From: an uncultured Bacteroidales bacterium
GTDB lineage: Bacteria; Bacteroidota; Bacteroidia; Bacteroidales; Paludibacteraceae
Assembly: GCA_946187555.1 (NCBI GenBank)
Contig: CAMHQP010000001.1
Coordinates: forward strand, 2,651 to 66,650
Length of the DNA stretch: 64,000 nt
Direction of reading: 5' to 3'
Of this stretch, positions 1 through 9,400 are shown in pieces (the stretch's first letter is position 1; each line of letters starts with the position of its first letter). The translations under genes and the position numbers were made by a program. The notes below the pieces were generated by a model, which ran no database searches, was not told the origin of the DNA, and saw only the letters and a program-made list of their open reading frames with translations.

Positions 1-2
1 TA

Positions 3-182
3 ATTATTCCGATAGACAAGCTAAGAGGCATGTTACGGAAAAACGGATTTTATTTCCGGATGTACCGAGAGCAGCAGATTGTACAGAAGTGTCCGAGCGG
101 TTGGAAAGATACGCCGGCGAGGAAGGCTGCGCGGGAGAAGTTTGCCGCGACATGGGGGCAGAGGTATAAAAAGAATGTTTGA
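3..182 (+). CDS. hypothetical small basic protein, C-terminal fragment (first member of a tandem paralog family)
   Basis: Frame is open from the window edge to TGA 180-182. The tail ...NGFYFRMYREQQIVQKCPSGWKDTPARKAAREKFAATWGQRYKKNV shares the aromatic-F-R ... A-x-[RK]-x-[RK]-F core with ORFs 241, 868 and 1558. Confidence 0.35.
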   Translation: MIPIDKLRGMLRKNGFYFRMYREQQIVQKCPSGWKDTPARKAAREKFAATWGQRYKKNV

Positions 183-240
183 TTGAGCAGATGCACTCAC
201 AAATATAAACATAAATATTTTTTAAAAGAAAGGAGAAAAC

Positions 241-522
241 ATGGCAAAAGTAACAACGATGTCAGGGATTGCGTCCATATCGGGGCGCTTGGGAAACTAC
301 TGTTTCCGGACAATGAAGGCTACGGGGAAGGTATATATGCACCCGTTGGCGAGTAAGAAACAAAGACCGGTTAAAGCGCCGAGTGCTGCTATGGTGGCAC
401 AGCGGGAGCGCTTTGGGGCGATCACGAAGATGGTGGCACAGATGCGTAAGAACGGGTCAAAGAAAAGCAGTAAGCAGCTGTGGAAAATTGCTATGGAGGC
501 GTATGATGCAGCGAATCAGTAA
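241..522 (+). CDS. hypothetical small basic protein (paralog family member)
   Basis: 93-aa lysine/arginine-rich ORF. SGRLGNYCFRT ... MVAQRERFGAITKMV core is shared with neighbours. An AGGAG tract at 231-235 precedes the ATG. Confidence 0.55.
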   Translation: MAKVTTMSGIASISGRLGNYCFRTMKATGKVYMHPLASKKQRPVKAPSAAMVAQRERFGAITKMVAQMRKNGSKKSSKQLWKIAMEAYDAANQ

Positions 523-718
523 GGCGGAATTAGCCGAGCGGTTGGATGCCGCTTTAGGTGAGCCGGTCGGTATAGCAGGACTGAACATCCTGCTGTACGG
601 CTGGAAGAAATACAGGAAGTACGGAGCCAAGTATTGCGATGCGCTGAAGCATCGGGATTGGATGTACTATGTAGAGGTAGTGGATTTCAGTGCGTATGCA
701 GGCTATGATTTGACGTAA
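503..718 (+). CDS. hypothetical 71-aa protein
   Basis: ATG at 503 lies in the frame of track ORF 383..718 and overlaps the previous stop by 20 nt. A hairpin plus T-run follows directly. No family recognised. Confidence 0.3.
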   Translation: MMQRISKAELAERLDAALGEPVGIAGLNILLYGWKKYRKYGAKYCDALKHRDWMYYVEVVDFSAYAGYDLT

Positions 719-738
719 AAGGGAGTAGAATCCCTTTT
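717..738 (+). terminator. hairpin terminator candidate (AAAAGGGA-gtagaa-TCCCTTTT)
   Basis: 8-bp stem with 6-nt loop, T-run on the 3' side, immediately after the TAA at 716-718. Confidence 0.4.
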
Positions 739-751
739 GCAGGGGAGAAAG

Positions 752-783
752 TTTGCGTATGTCGGGGATTTTTCGTACCTTTG
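752..783 (+). promoter_or_regulatory. Bacteroidetes-type promoter (TTTG-N20-TACCTTTG)
   Basis: TTTG at 752-755 and TACCTTTG at 776-783 with 20-nt spacing. Would give an ~80-nt leader for ORF 868. Confidence 0.55.
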
Positions 784-867
784 TCGTCGGAATTGGAGAT
801 CAATGACTTCGATTTTCGGGGACCCCATAATTAACATTATTAACAATCTAAACCCTAACTATTTTTT

Positions 868-1206
868 ATGGCAGAGATTAGACCAATGGAGCTCATCAAG
901 AGTATGAGCAAGAAAGTGTGCATGCACAGCGATGTGTATTTCCGCACGAACAAACAGACCGGCAAGACGACGACCGGTAAGCTCTGTAATCCGAGTGAGA
1001 AGCCGGACAGTGCCAATCAGATTGCTGCGAAAGCGCGTTTTGCGAAAATAGTCGCGGCGGTACGTACGGTGCTGGCTGATCCGACGGAGAAGGCTAAACT
1101 GAAGGCTGAGTACAAGGCTCAGAACAAGATTGGTTCGCTGTTCGGCTACGCGATGCACAAGTTGAACGGTAACTACGATGCAAACGGTGATTTGATTAGT
1201 GATTAA
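868..1206 (+). CDS. hypothetical small basic protein (paralog family member)
   Basis: 112 aa. DVYFRTNKQTGK ... QIAAKARFAKIVAAV core matches ORFs 241 and 1558. Own promoter and conserved AT-rich leader. Confidence 0.6.
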   Translation: MAEIRPMELIKSMSKKVCMHSDVYFRTNKQTGKTTTGKLCNPSEKPDSANQIAAKARFAKIVAAVRTVLADPTEKAKLKAEYKAQNKIGSLFGYAMHKLNGNYDANGDLISD

Positions 1207-1227
1207 CGATTAGCGATTAGCGAGTTA
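1201..1227. repeat. 7-nt tandem array GATTAAC GATTAGC GATTAGC GAGTTA
   Basis: Read directly. It spans the stop of ORF 868 and the whole spacer to the ATG at 1227. The 20-mer 1208-1227 is identical to 20585-20604. Confidence 0.9.
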
Positions 1228-1427
1228 TGAGTAAGCAACAGATTATCAAGATCATCGTCTCGGTGCTCATCGCAGCACTCACGGCACTCGGAGCAGCGTT
1301 CGGACTGACGAGTTGTAACGTGACGCGGACGATTACGAACGAGAGCCAGTACTACCAACGGGGTGACACAAGCGTCGTCATCCAAACAAAAACCATCGAG
1401 ACTTACGACGCATCGCGCAAGCTCTAA
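1227..1427 (+). CDS. small putative lipoprotein / membrane-anchored protein
   Basis: 66 aa. N-terminal hydrophobic helix IIVSVLIAALTALGAAFGLTSC ends in a lipobox-like L-T-S-C. Confidence 0.5.
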   Translation: MSKQQIIKIIVSVLIAALTALGAAFGLTSCNVTRTITNESQYYQRGDTSVVIQTKTIETYDASRKL

Positions 1428-1557
1428 CTCGTGCGAATCGCGACCCCGTCACTCAAATAGCACTACGTTAGGCTCCCCGCTCTCCCCATTCGAGCAAAGC
1501 TCTTTGGGGGCCCCAATTAAATTATTAATCAACCATTAAACCTAAATTTTAACTATT

Positions 1558-1944
1558 ATGGGAAAAGTTAGTTATTCGCCGGGTATTGAGTTCGTACAGG
1601 GCTCCCTGGCAAAACCGAAGAAAGTAGATGGTCACAGTCACGGCGATTACCTGATTGGTACGCACCGCACCGCTCCGACCGAGAATCCGAACTGCACGCG
1701 TATCTACGTCCGCAAGGGTAACACCTACGGTCAGAACGTCAGCAAGTCGCAGGAGAGCATCGCAGCCCGTCTGCGTTTCAGTGCCGTCTCCACCGCGGTT
1801 AACACCCGCTCCAAAGACCTCACGAAGATCGCAGCCGACCGCGCAGCGTTCCTCGAGCAGAAGGATCTGCCGGGTGGCAAAAAGACCATGAAAGCATGGT
1901 ACTGGAAAGTAGAGGGTCAGGCCTACGACCAGCAACACGGTTAA
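1558..1944 (+). CDS. hypothetical small basic protein (paralog family member)
   Basis: 128 aa. ...SIAARLRFSAVSTAV core. The leader (1506-1557) is similar to the leader of ORF 868. Followed by a strong terminator. Confidence 0.6.
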   Translation: MGKVSYSPGIEFVQGSLAKPKKVDGHSHGDYLIGTHRTAPTENPNCTRIYVRKGNTYGQNVSKSQESIAARLRFSAVSTAVNTRSKDLTKIAADRAAFLEQKDLPGGKKTMKAWYWKVEGQAYDQQHG

Positions 1945-1949
1945 CGAAA

Positions 1950-1978
1950 GGAGCGCTTCGGCGCTTCTTTTTTTTATT
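1950..1978 (+). terminator. Rho-independent terminator
   Basis: GAGCGC-ttcg-GCGCTT hairpin followed by a run of T (1968-1975), 6 nt after the stop of ORF 1558. Confidence 0.75.
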
Positions 1979-1982
1979 TTTA

Positions 1983-2014
1983 TTTGCATATTTCAGAAAA
2001 AAGCAGTACCTTTG
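1983..2014 (+). promoter_or_regulatory. Bacteroidetes-type promoter (TTTGCATAT ... TACCTTTG)
   Basis: TTTG 1983-1986 and TACCTTTG 2007-2014, 20-nt spacer, 41 nt upstream of the ATG at 2056. Confidence 0.7.
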
Positions 2015-2055
2015 CAGCGAAAAAATGTTACTAATCACAAAAAATCCTTGTAAAT

Positions 2056-3312
2056 ATGCGTTTTTTACGTTCAAATTACCTACAACAACTCCTCGCCGGG
2101 AGAGGCAACGGAATGGTTAAAATCATCACCGGTGTCAGACGTTGCGGAAAATCATTTCTGCTGTTCGATATATTCCGTTCTTCTTTGTTGGACGAAGGCG
2201 TGAGTGAAGATCATATTATTGCGTTGACCCTTGATCAACGGGACATGAAAACTTTGCGCAATCCGGACAAATTGTTGGAATACATTGATGCGCATTTGAC
2301 TGCCGACAACCGGACGCACTATATTATCTTGGATGAAATACAGATGGTCGAAGATTTTGTGGAAGTGCTGTTAACATTAATGCGCAAGCCAAACACAGAA
2401 GTGTATGTTTCCGGCTCTAATTCCAAATTCCTCTCCAGCGATGTAGTCACAGAGTTCCGCGGCCGTGGCGATGAGATTCGTGTATACCCATTATCCCTCA
2501 GCGAATATATGGAAGGAACAGGATTGGATTACCTTACGGCAGCCAAATACTATTTTGTTTATGGCGGACTGCCGCAAGTGGCAATGATGGAAGATATACA
2601 AAAGAAAGAAGACTTTCTTCGTACCATGACCGAGGTAACTTACATTCGTGATGTAGTGGACAGAAATCACCTGCGTAATGAGGAAGGTATGCGCGAACTG
2701 ATGCGCATCTTGGCGTCCTCGGTTGCCAGTTCTACCAATCCGACCAAGATTGCTGACACGTTCAAGTCTGTTGCCAAATTGCGCATCACTGAAACGACCG
2801 TACGGCAGTATATAGCATATCTGCAAAATGCGTTTTTGGTAGAGGAAGCGCTACGTTATGACATCAAAGGAAGGCGGTATATAGGTGCCGAGAACAAGTA
2901 CTATTTCGTCGATCCCGGAATCAGAAACGCTGTGCTTAATTTTCGGCAGATAGACGACGGGCATTTGATGGAGAACATCATATACAATGAATTGCGTATG
3001 CGCGGGTATTTGGTCGATGTGGGAAGAGTGGAAACATGGCAAATAGTGAACGGGCAACGCGTGAGAAAGAATCTGGAAGTGGACTTTGTGGTCAATCGCG
3101 GCAGCCAACGATATTATATCCAGTCTGCCTTTGAAATGCCAAGTTCTACTAAAATGGCGCAAGAAGAGCATTCTCTAAAATTGGTTGATGATTCGTTCCG
3201 AAAAATCATCTTGGTACATGAAGACATCTTACCTCGCAGAGATGAAAAAGGAATAGTAACGATGGGGTTGAAGCAGTTTCTTACAGATGTACATGCTATA
3301 GAAACAGCCTAA
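2056..3312 (+). CDS. AAA-family ATPase of the AAA_14 + DUF4143 type
   Basis: 418 aa. Walker A GVRRCGKSF near the N-terminus, Walker B-like YIILDEIQ. Length and layout are typical of the multi-copy Bacteroidales ATP-binding protein family. Confidence 0.8.
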   Translation: MRFLRSNYLQQLLAGRGNGMVKIITGVRRCGKSFLLFDIFRSSLLDEGVSEDHIIALTLDQRDMKTLRNPDKLLEYIDAHLTADNRTHYIILDEIQMVEDFVEVLLTLMRKPNTEVYVSGSNSKFLSSDVVTEFRGRGDEIRVYPLSLSEYMEGTGLDYLTAAKYYFVYGGLPQVAMMEDIQKKEDFLRTMTEVTYIRDVVDRNHLRNEEGMRELMRILASSVASSTNPTKIADTFKSVAKLRITETTVRQYIAYLQNAFLVEEALRYDIKGRRYIGAENKYYFVDPGIRNAVLNFRQIDDGHLMENIIYNELRMRGYLVDVGRVETWQIVNGQRVRKNLEVDFVVNRGSQRYYIQSAFEMPSSTKMAQEEHSLKLVDDSFRKIILVHEDILPRRDEKGIVTMGLKQFLTDVHAIETA

Positions 3313-3416
3313 TCAAAAAAAATAGTACCTTTGTACCAGAAATGTTAGAAGATTATATCATAGACGACCGATTGCGTTATGAGAACCACTATCTATGGGC
3401 TCTTTTTTCGTTTTTA

Positions 3417-3448
3417 TTTGCATATGTCAAAAAAAAGTTGTACCTTTG
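3417..3448 (+). promoter_or_regulatory. Bacteroidetes-type promoter of the giant gene
   Basis: TTTG 3417-3420 and TACCTTTG 3441-3448, 20-nt spacer. The -7 box is embedded in the perfect 18-nt palindrome CCTTTGCAGCTGCAAAGG (3443-3460). Confidence 0.7.
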
Positions 3449-3486
3449 CAGCTGCAAAGGTGTGAGCATATAAAAAAAAATAACAT

Positions 3487-6400
3487 ATGAAACGATTTCT
3501 GTACTTAACCATGGTGCTGGTGGTGGCAGCCATGAGTGCGACGACCGCGCAAGCCAATGATTACATGGAACATCCGGAGAACTATCAGATTTATGCTTCT
3601 GGTATCGACAAGATTCACTTCTCCATCCCCGTATGGGTGCATGGTGATTGGTACGAGCGCAGTTATTCGGCGCTGCCGGGCAGTCATTTCACCTACAAAG
3701 TAGGAACGGGTGACGAGGTGACGGTACTGAACTGGATAGCGCATGTAGTGCGCGACAACGACCGCGACAATGACAAGGGTACGTTGGCCGTGAAGTTCCA
3801 ACCGAACCAAGGTCAGTTGTACCTTACCTGTATGCACGACGGCATACGCAGGTCAGTGCTCGATGACGGCAACTGGAGCGACTGGCTGACGGTGAAGCAG
3901 AAACCGGCAGGCGGTTATGACCGCGTGACCATTCTTGAGTTCGACTGGTATCCGCCGCAGGCATTGGACGGCAAGGATTTCACCATCAAGATGTACTCGG
4001 AGTTTGATGACTTCGAGGAGATCATCAACGAGATAGCATATAGTTTATGCGACCCCTTCGACGATTACAGCAATATCGATTGCTATTATGAAGTGAATCC
4101 GGACTACAAGGTTAACTGGCAGGTAGATAACACGTTCAAGGGCAAGGAGCAGTTGGTAACGCCGACGCTGTTTGACCCCTATCTGTATCAGATGAGTGAG
4201 GACGGTTTGGCAGGCTACGGTTATGCCGCTATTCCGTATTCGCTGGGTGATCCTCCTATCAGTTATCGTCTGTCTATAGACAGTTCGTTGCACTCCGTGA
4301 CCGAGCAGGCGGGCAATATCTTCGTCATGACCACCGATACGCTGATCAAGGATGTATGCGCCAAGTTCATCGTTTGGCGTGACTCGGCGAACAATACTAA
4401 GGACAGTATTATGAGTACGAAGGTGGATGTGAAGCCCTACCACCGCATCCATGATTTTGTGGCGAAAGAAGAGACGGACTCGACCGATACCTACACGGGT
4501 GTCAACGTACTGAGTTGGACGGTGAAGAACCCGCTGTTGGAAGATATCGTGGAGGGCGATTATTTCGAAATTGTCCGTGCGACCGACACTGCATTCACCG
4601 ATGCGACTTCGTTGGCTGTTCTTCCGTTAGAGATCGACTCGTTAGGTCAATACAGCTACCGCGACGAAGACCGAAGTATCTCGACGGGTCATCTGGACGG
4701 CGACTCGCTGACGCTGCCGCTGGTCTATGCGCCGGACGAGTATTATGAGCTCAAGGATCAAAACGGTCAGACGATGTACCTTGTGAAACTGCAAATCCAG
4801 ACGGAAAAGACGGTTGTACCGTCTCTGCCGGTTTACTACCGCATCCGCCGTGCTTCATCCGCCGTATGGGGATGGCATCCGGACTTCACGGAGCAACGCA
4901 CGGTTTATAAGCATAACTTCCTTGCTCCGCTGGACAGTGTGCAACCTGAATACGAGAAAGATGCGGACTATGAGAATAACCACAAGGTCAATTTCCGTAT
5001 CGTTTTGAAGAACGAAGAGGTACCGACCATTCTGCCGTCCGAGGATACGTTCGAGTTCAGTTATACGCCTGTGCATTCCGCATGGGACAGTCTGCCTGCG
5101 GGCATTGACTCGGCGAGTGTGAATCCGGAGCTCTTTATGGTGGACACCTTGAAGGCGCAGTTGAAGGACACGCTGTATACCCATTTGAAAGCGGAGTACG
5201 AGGCCAATCCGTTCGGTAAGTGTATGTGGGATAAGACGGCAAACCTCATTCTTGTCAAGACCATCGAAGAGACGGGTGCGACCACCGAGAGTATCGTACC
5301 TCAGGACAGCATTCGTCGCCTGGAGAACGGCGATTGGGAAGCACGTTTCTCAGACATCGCAGACAAGGGCTGTACCCATTACAGTTATGCAGTACGTATC
5401 GACCAGAGCCATTCTGATCTGCATGTCCGTAACCCGCAAGAACAGTTGGCACCGATGACCATTACGGGTCCTGAACTCTACTTCGACGAGAGTGCGAAGA
5501 TCGTTGAGTTTACGGCTACGCAAGGCGATGCCCGCAGCGATCTCAAGCAAGGCGTATTGCTTAACTGGAAACCGTCTTCGTCGGCGGTAGATGAATATAT
5601 ACTCTGCCGTATTATGCAAGGCGGCAGTGGGGCGCTTGACACCCTTTATACGGGTATCGAGACGACGTTCATGGATATTACGGCACTGCCTGATGTACAC
5701 TATGAATATACCGTCAGCTCGTATTATTACTGTAACGGCAAATCGTCCTCGAACAGCGCCAAGACGGAAGGTTGGCGAACGAACTTCGCCGAGATAAGCG
5801 GTGCTATCCTGCTGCCGGACAATAGCGGTATGGCGGGTGTAATCGTAGCATTGCAAGACTCTACAGGTGCTGTGATCGACACGATCATCACCGGCGCGGA
5901 CGGAACGTACCGGTTCGACAGCCTGGAGTATTATGAGGTGGAATGTCATTACACCCCGATCGTGAAGCTTAGTTACACGCATTATGCTCAAGTGCAAGAT
6001 CCAAAACCGTATGTTCAGATTCGTATTCTGAATGAAGACGGCACGGTACAAAAAGACTGGGGTAAGATAGACGGTGGAACGTACGAATATGTGGTAGGTA
6101 CGAAATTTGAGATCAAGACCACTGAGGAAGGCAACGAGAATAAGGACAAGGTTTATCCCGTTGTGATCAAGGGTGACTGTGAGATCGTATGCGAGAACCA
6201 AGCCCATACCGAAGGGGAGATGCATATCGTTCCGAGGTTTGTGGTGAATGTCAAGGGCAACGGAGATTTTGTGCCGTGCAAGACGATCCAATCGAGTGCC
6301 AACTATGTGGTGATCCCGACACACGAGTACGGTGTGTTCTCGTTCAACTATACGGATGCCGGATCAGCTGCTATCACGCTATCCAAGGACAACGCATTAG

Positions 6401-9400
6401 CCGACCACATCGACTTTGTGAACACGAACTCAACGCGTCTAACGGGACGTGCACTGTATGAAAACACAACGATCCCGGTTGCGGGCGCTATGTTCCGACT
6501 GAACGGAGACACGATACGTCGTGGCGGAGCACCGCTGATGACCGGCACGGACGGTAATTTTGAGATGTCACTGACCAAAGGTCAGCCGTACACGCTGCAG
6601 ATCTTCAAGCCGAACCACACCTTCGCGCAAGACGGTTACTTCCAGATGGAAGAAGGTAAGGACACGTTTGCTATTACCGAACCGCTGGACGGCATCCGTT
6701 TCTACGACCAGACACGTGTTCGACTCGTAGGCCGTGTAGCCGGTGGTAACGACCAGCGCGACCTGCCGGAAGCATTCGGTCTGGGTAAGAACAACTTAGG
6801 TGACGACCTGCAGCTAGTATTCCAGTTGGAAGGCGATAACGTCGCGCATTTCGTTTATGACCCGAACGACCTGACCCGTGACACGATACAGCAGGTAGTG
6901 GATCACCTCGTTTATACCGGTGATACCTTAGCGCCTACGCGCAGTGTGGGTACGACGCATACCCTGTTTGAGAAAAAGCGCATCATCGTACAACCCGATC
7001 CCGAAACAGGTGAGTTTGAGGTCGATCTATGCCCCGTCAAATACAAGGTAACGCAGGCGACGGCGCGCGGTTATGCGACGCTCTTCACGGACGGAACGGG
7101 CAATGAGACCTTCGACCTGACCAATGCGCCGCTGAAGCATATCACAGATACCCTCAACGGTGACAGCGTATATTACAATGCCACTTATGACCGGATCTAC
7201 CATACGCCTATTCAAATCGAACTCAAGCAGAACCTGTACGGTCTGGAGCGGATGGCATACGGTGAACCGGAGATGGAGGTGAACGGTGCGAACCCGAACC
7301 AAATGGAGAAAGTGGCGCTTTATACTATCTCCGACGGCGAGGCAACCTACACCTTGGGTTATCCGGTATTCTACGATAGCCGCAAATACCAATTCAAGGC
7401 CAAGGCATACGAAGCCTTCTATTACAACAACGACCCGGCGGGTATTGAGGACATCGTGCCGCAGCGCGGTGGTAGTGTCATCATCCGCAACGGCATGCAC
7501 AGTGCGACCGAAGTGGAGCGCTATCCGCTTAATGAGAAGGGCGAGAACAACGTGATCTGGTTGACGGTGGACGATGTGGATGTAGAGCATGCCGGTACGG
7601 CACCGCTACGCAGCGTGAGCATCGCCCTCGAGGACGAAGGCAATATTGTGGAGACGAATGTGTTCAGCGGTTTCATTGCCGGTTCGGTACTGGAGGCTAA
7701 CAGTCTCCGTACCTCTCGCGGTGACATCCAGTTGCTGGACATCGTCCGTGACCCGGGTGGTGCCGGTTCATCTTCCTATGTGGAGAACGGCGCTGAATAT
7801 ACCTTCTCGTACGCGCAGACTGTAAAAGCAGAGTACGGTATCAAACTGTCACCTACATGGGGCACGAATCTCGATCAGTATATCGGTGCCTATACCGGTT
7901 CGCCGGTCGGCGGTTCGTTTATCGGCGAAGAAGTCAACACGCAGAAAGCTATTTCGTTTGACCTGCCTATCTCGCATAAGATCGACTACGGTCATTCGTA
8001 CACGTATAAGATGACGACCAACAACCGTATTGAGACCTCATCGGAGAGCAGTCCGACAGGTGTAGGCAGTCCGGCGGATGTGTTCTTCGGTACAGAGGTA
8101 GCGAACATCATCGGTAAGATGAAGACCATCAGCATCATCGACGACAGTCTGTATCAGATGTGTCAACCGTCGTTCAATGCGGGTACGATGTTGCTGCTCG
8201 CACAGGGTACGGACAGTGTGGGCAAGGCCTATTACCTCGTGACCGGACAGAAGATCTATGTCAGCTCGCTGCTGACCAACACCTTCACCTATTCGCAGTA
8301 CTATATCTGGAATACGCTTATCCCTCGTCTGGCGATGGATCGTCAGGACCTGCTCAAGAACTTTTCCGACTCCGTAGCTGCACAAGCGTATGCAGACGCA
8401 ACCGGTCGTCCTGCCTACTGGGCGATTGAGACCGATTCGTATATTAACGACACGATCCCCGTGGAGGCCTATCGTATGTTCACGCCGAACGATGGCGAAG
8501 CGTATACGGATGAGGTAGCAGAACTGAACAACGCCATCACCCGATGGTTGGAGATCCTGTATGCCAACGAGCGCGAGAAAGTGATTGCCCGTCAGAGCGG
8601 TATTAACTTAGGTACATACAGCGTTTCGTTCGGCAACTCGTTCTCGCATAGCGAGAGTTATTCCTACGAGTGTTCGTACAACGAGTACCCGCAGAGTTTC
8701 TTCGGCGAACGAGACCTGAAGAAGGCGGACCTCACCGCGTTAGGTACCTTGATGGCAAGCCTTATCAAATACGGCTGGGCAAGTTATAAAGGCAAGATAG
8801 GTACTTCTGCGATCAATGCAGCTCTCCAGTCCTACAGCAAGATTTTCGAAGAGAAGAAGGATGGAGAGAACAAGACCAACACTGTGGAAGCCAAAGCGGG
8901 TAACATGAAGTTCCATATGGGCTTCGGTGTCATCGCCAATACGGACAGAGACAAACGGATGACCACGACTGCCGCGATCAGTAAGTCGACTGGCTTTACC
9001 CTGGTAGCTGACCCGAAGGGCGATATCACGACCTCCGTGTACAGGGCGGAAGTGGACTCTGCATGGCGCGCTAACTCGTCTGCGGTTCTCGAGGAAGTGG
9101 AGCAAGACGGCAACGATGATATGCTCTACGGATCGTATGTCTTCTTCACCGAAGCAGGCGCAACGCTCTGTCCGCACGAGGAAGAAGAGAAGACCCTGCT
9201 GTACAATCCGGGAACAACGATCAATAATAATACCCTTTGGGTCTCTAAACCCGAGTTGACGGCCGACCGGTATGAGATAGCCAACGTTTCTTCGGACAAG
9301 CGTGCGTCGTTCCGCATCACCCTCTTTAACCAGGGTCAGATGGATGCCGGCGCAGCCGAGAACGGACAAGGATTCTACCTCTGTCTCAACGGCGTAAGCA

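Noticed and set aside
1968-3458. A ~48-nt direct repeat (TTTTTATTTGCATAT.TCA.AAAAAAG..GTACCTTTGCAGC) flanks the AAA_14/DUF4143 ATPase gene. This suggested a cassette insertion with target duplication.
   Set aside because: The same extended sequence also precedes ileS (reverse strand, 61900-61935) and the gene at 63533, and in weaker form rfbA. It is the local strong-promoter consensus, not a mobile-element footprint. No recombinase or terminal inverted repeats are present.
3342-3473. A 43-codon ORF (MLEDYIIDDRLRYENHYLWALF...) lies downstream of a second TACCTTTG box (3326-3333). It was considered as a possible leader peptide of the giant gene.
   Set aside because: The upstream box lacks a -33 TTTG. 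The ORF reads straight through the real promoter and palindrome, and it has no recognisable homology or coupling signal. It is most likely fortuitous.
5350-6324. Long antisense or alternative-frame ORFs lie inside real genes. Examples are 5350-6324(-), 8740-9636(-), 10888-11964(-), 41855-42781(+), 43491-44513(+), 45368-46462(+), 49256-50026(+), 51511-52359(-) and 55182-56498(+).
   Set aside because: They lie wholly within strongly supported genes on the other strand or frame. Their arginine-, histidine- and valine-rich composition is typical of shadow ORFs, and they have no promoters, signal sequences or family motifs.
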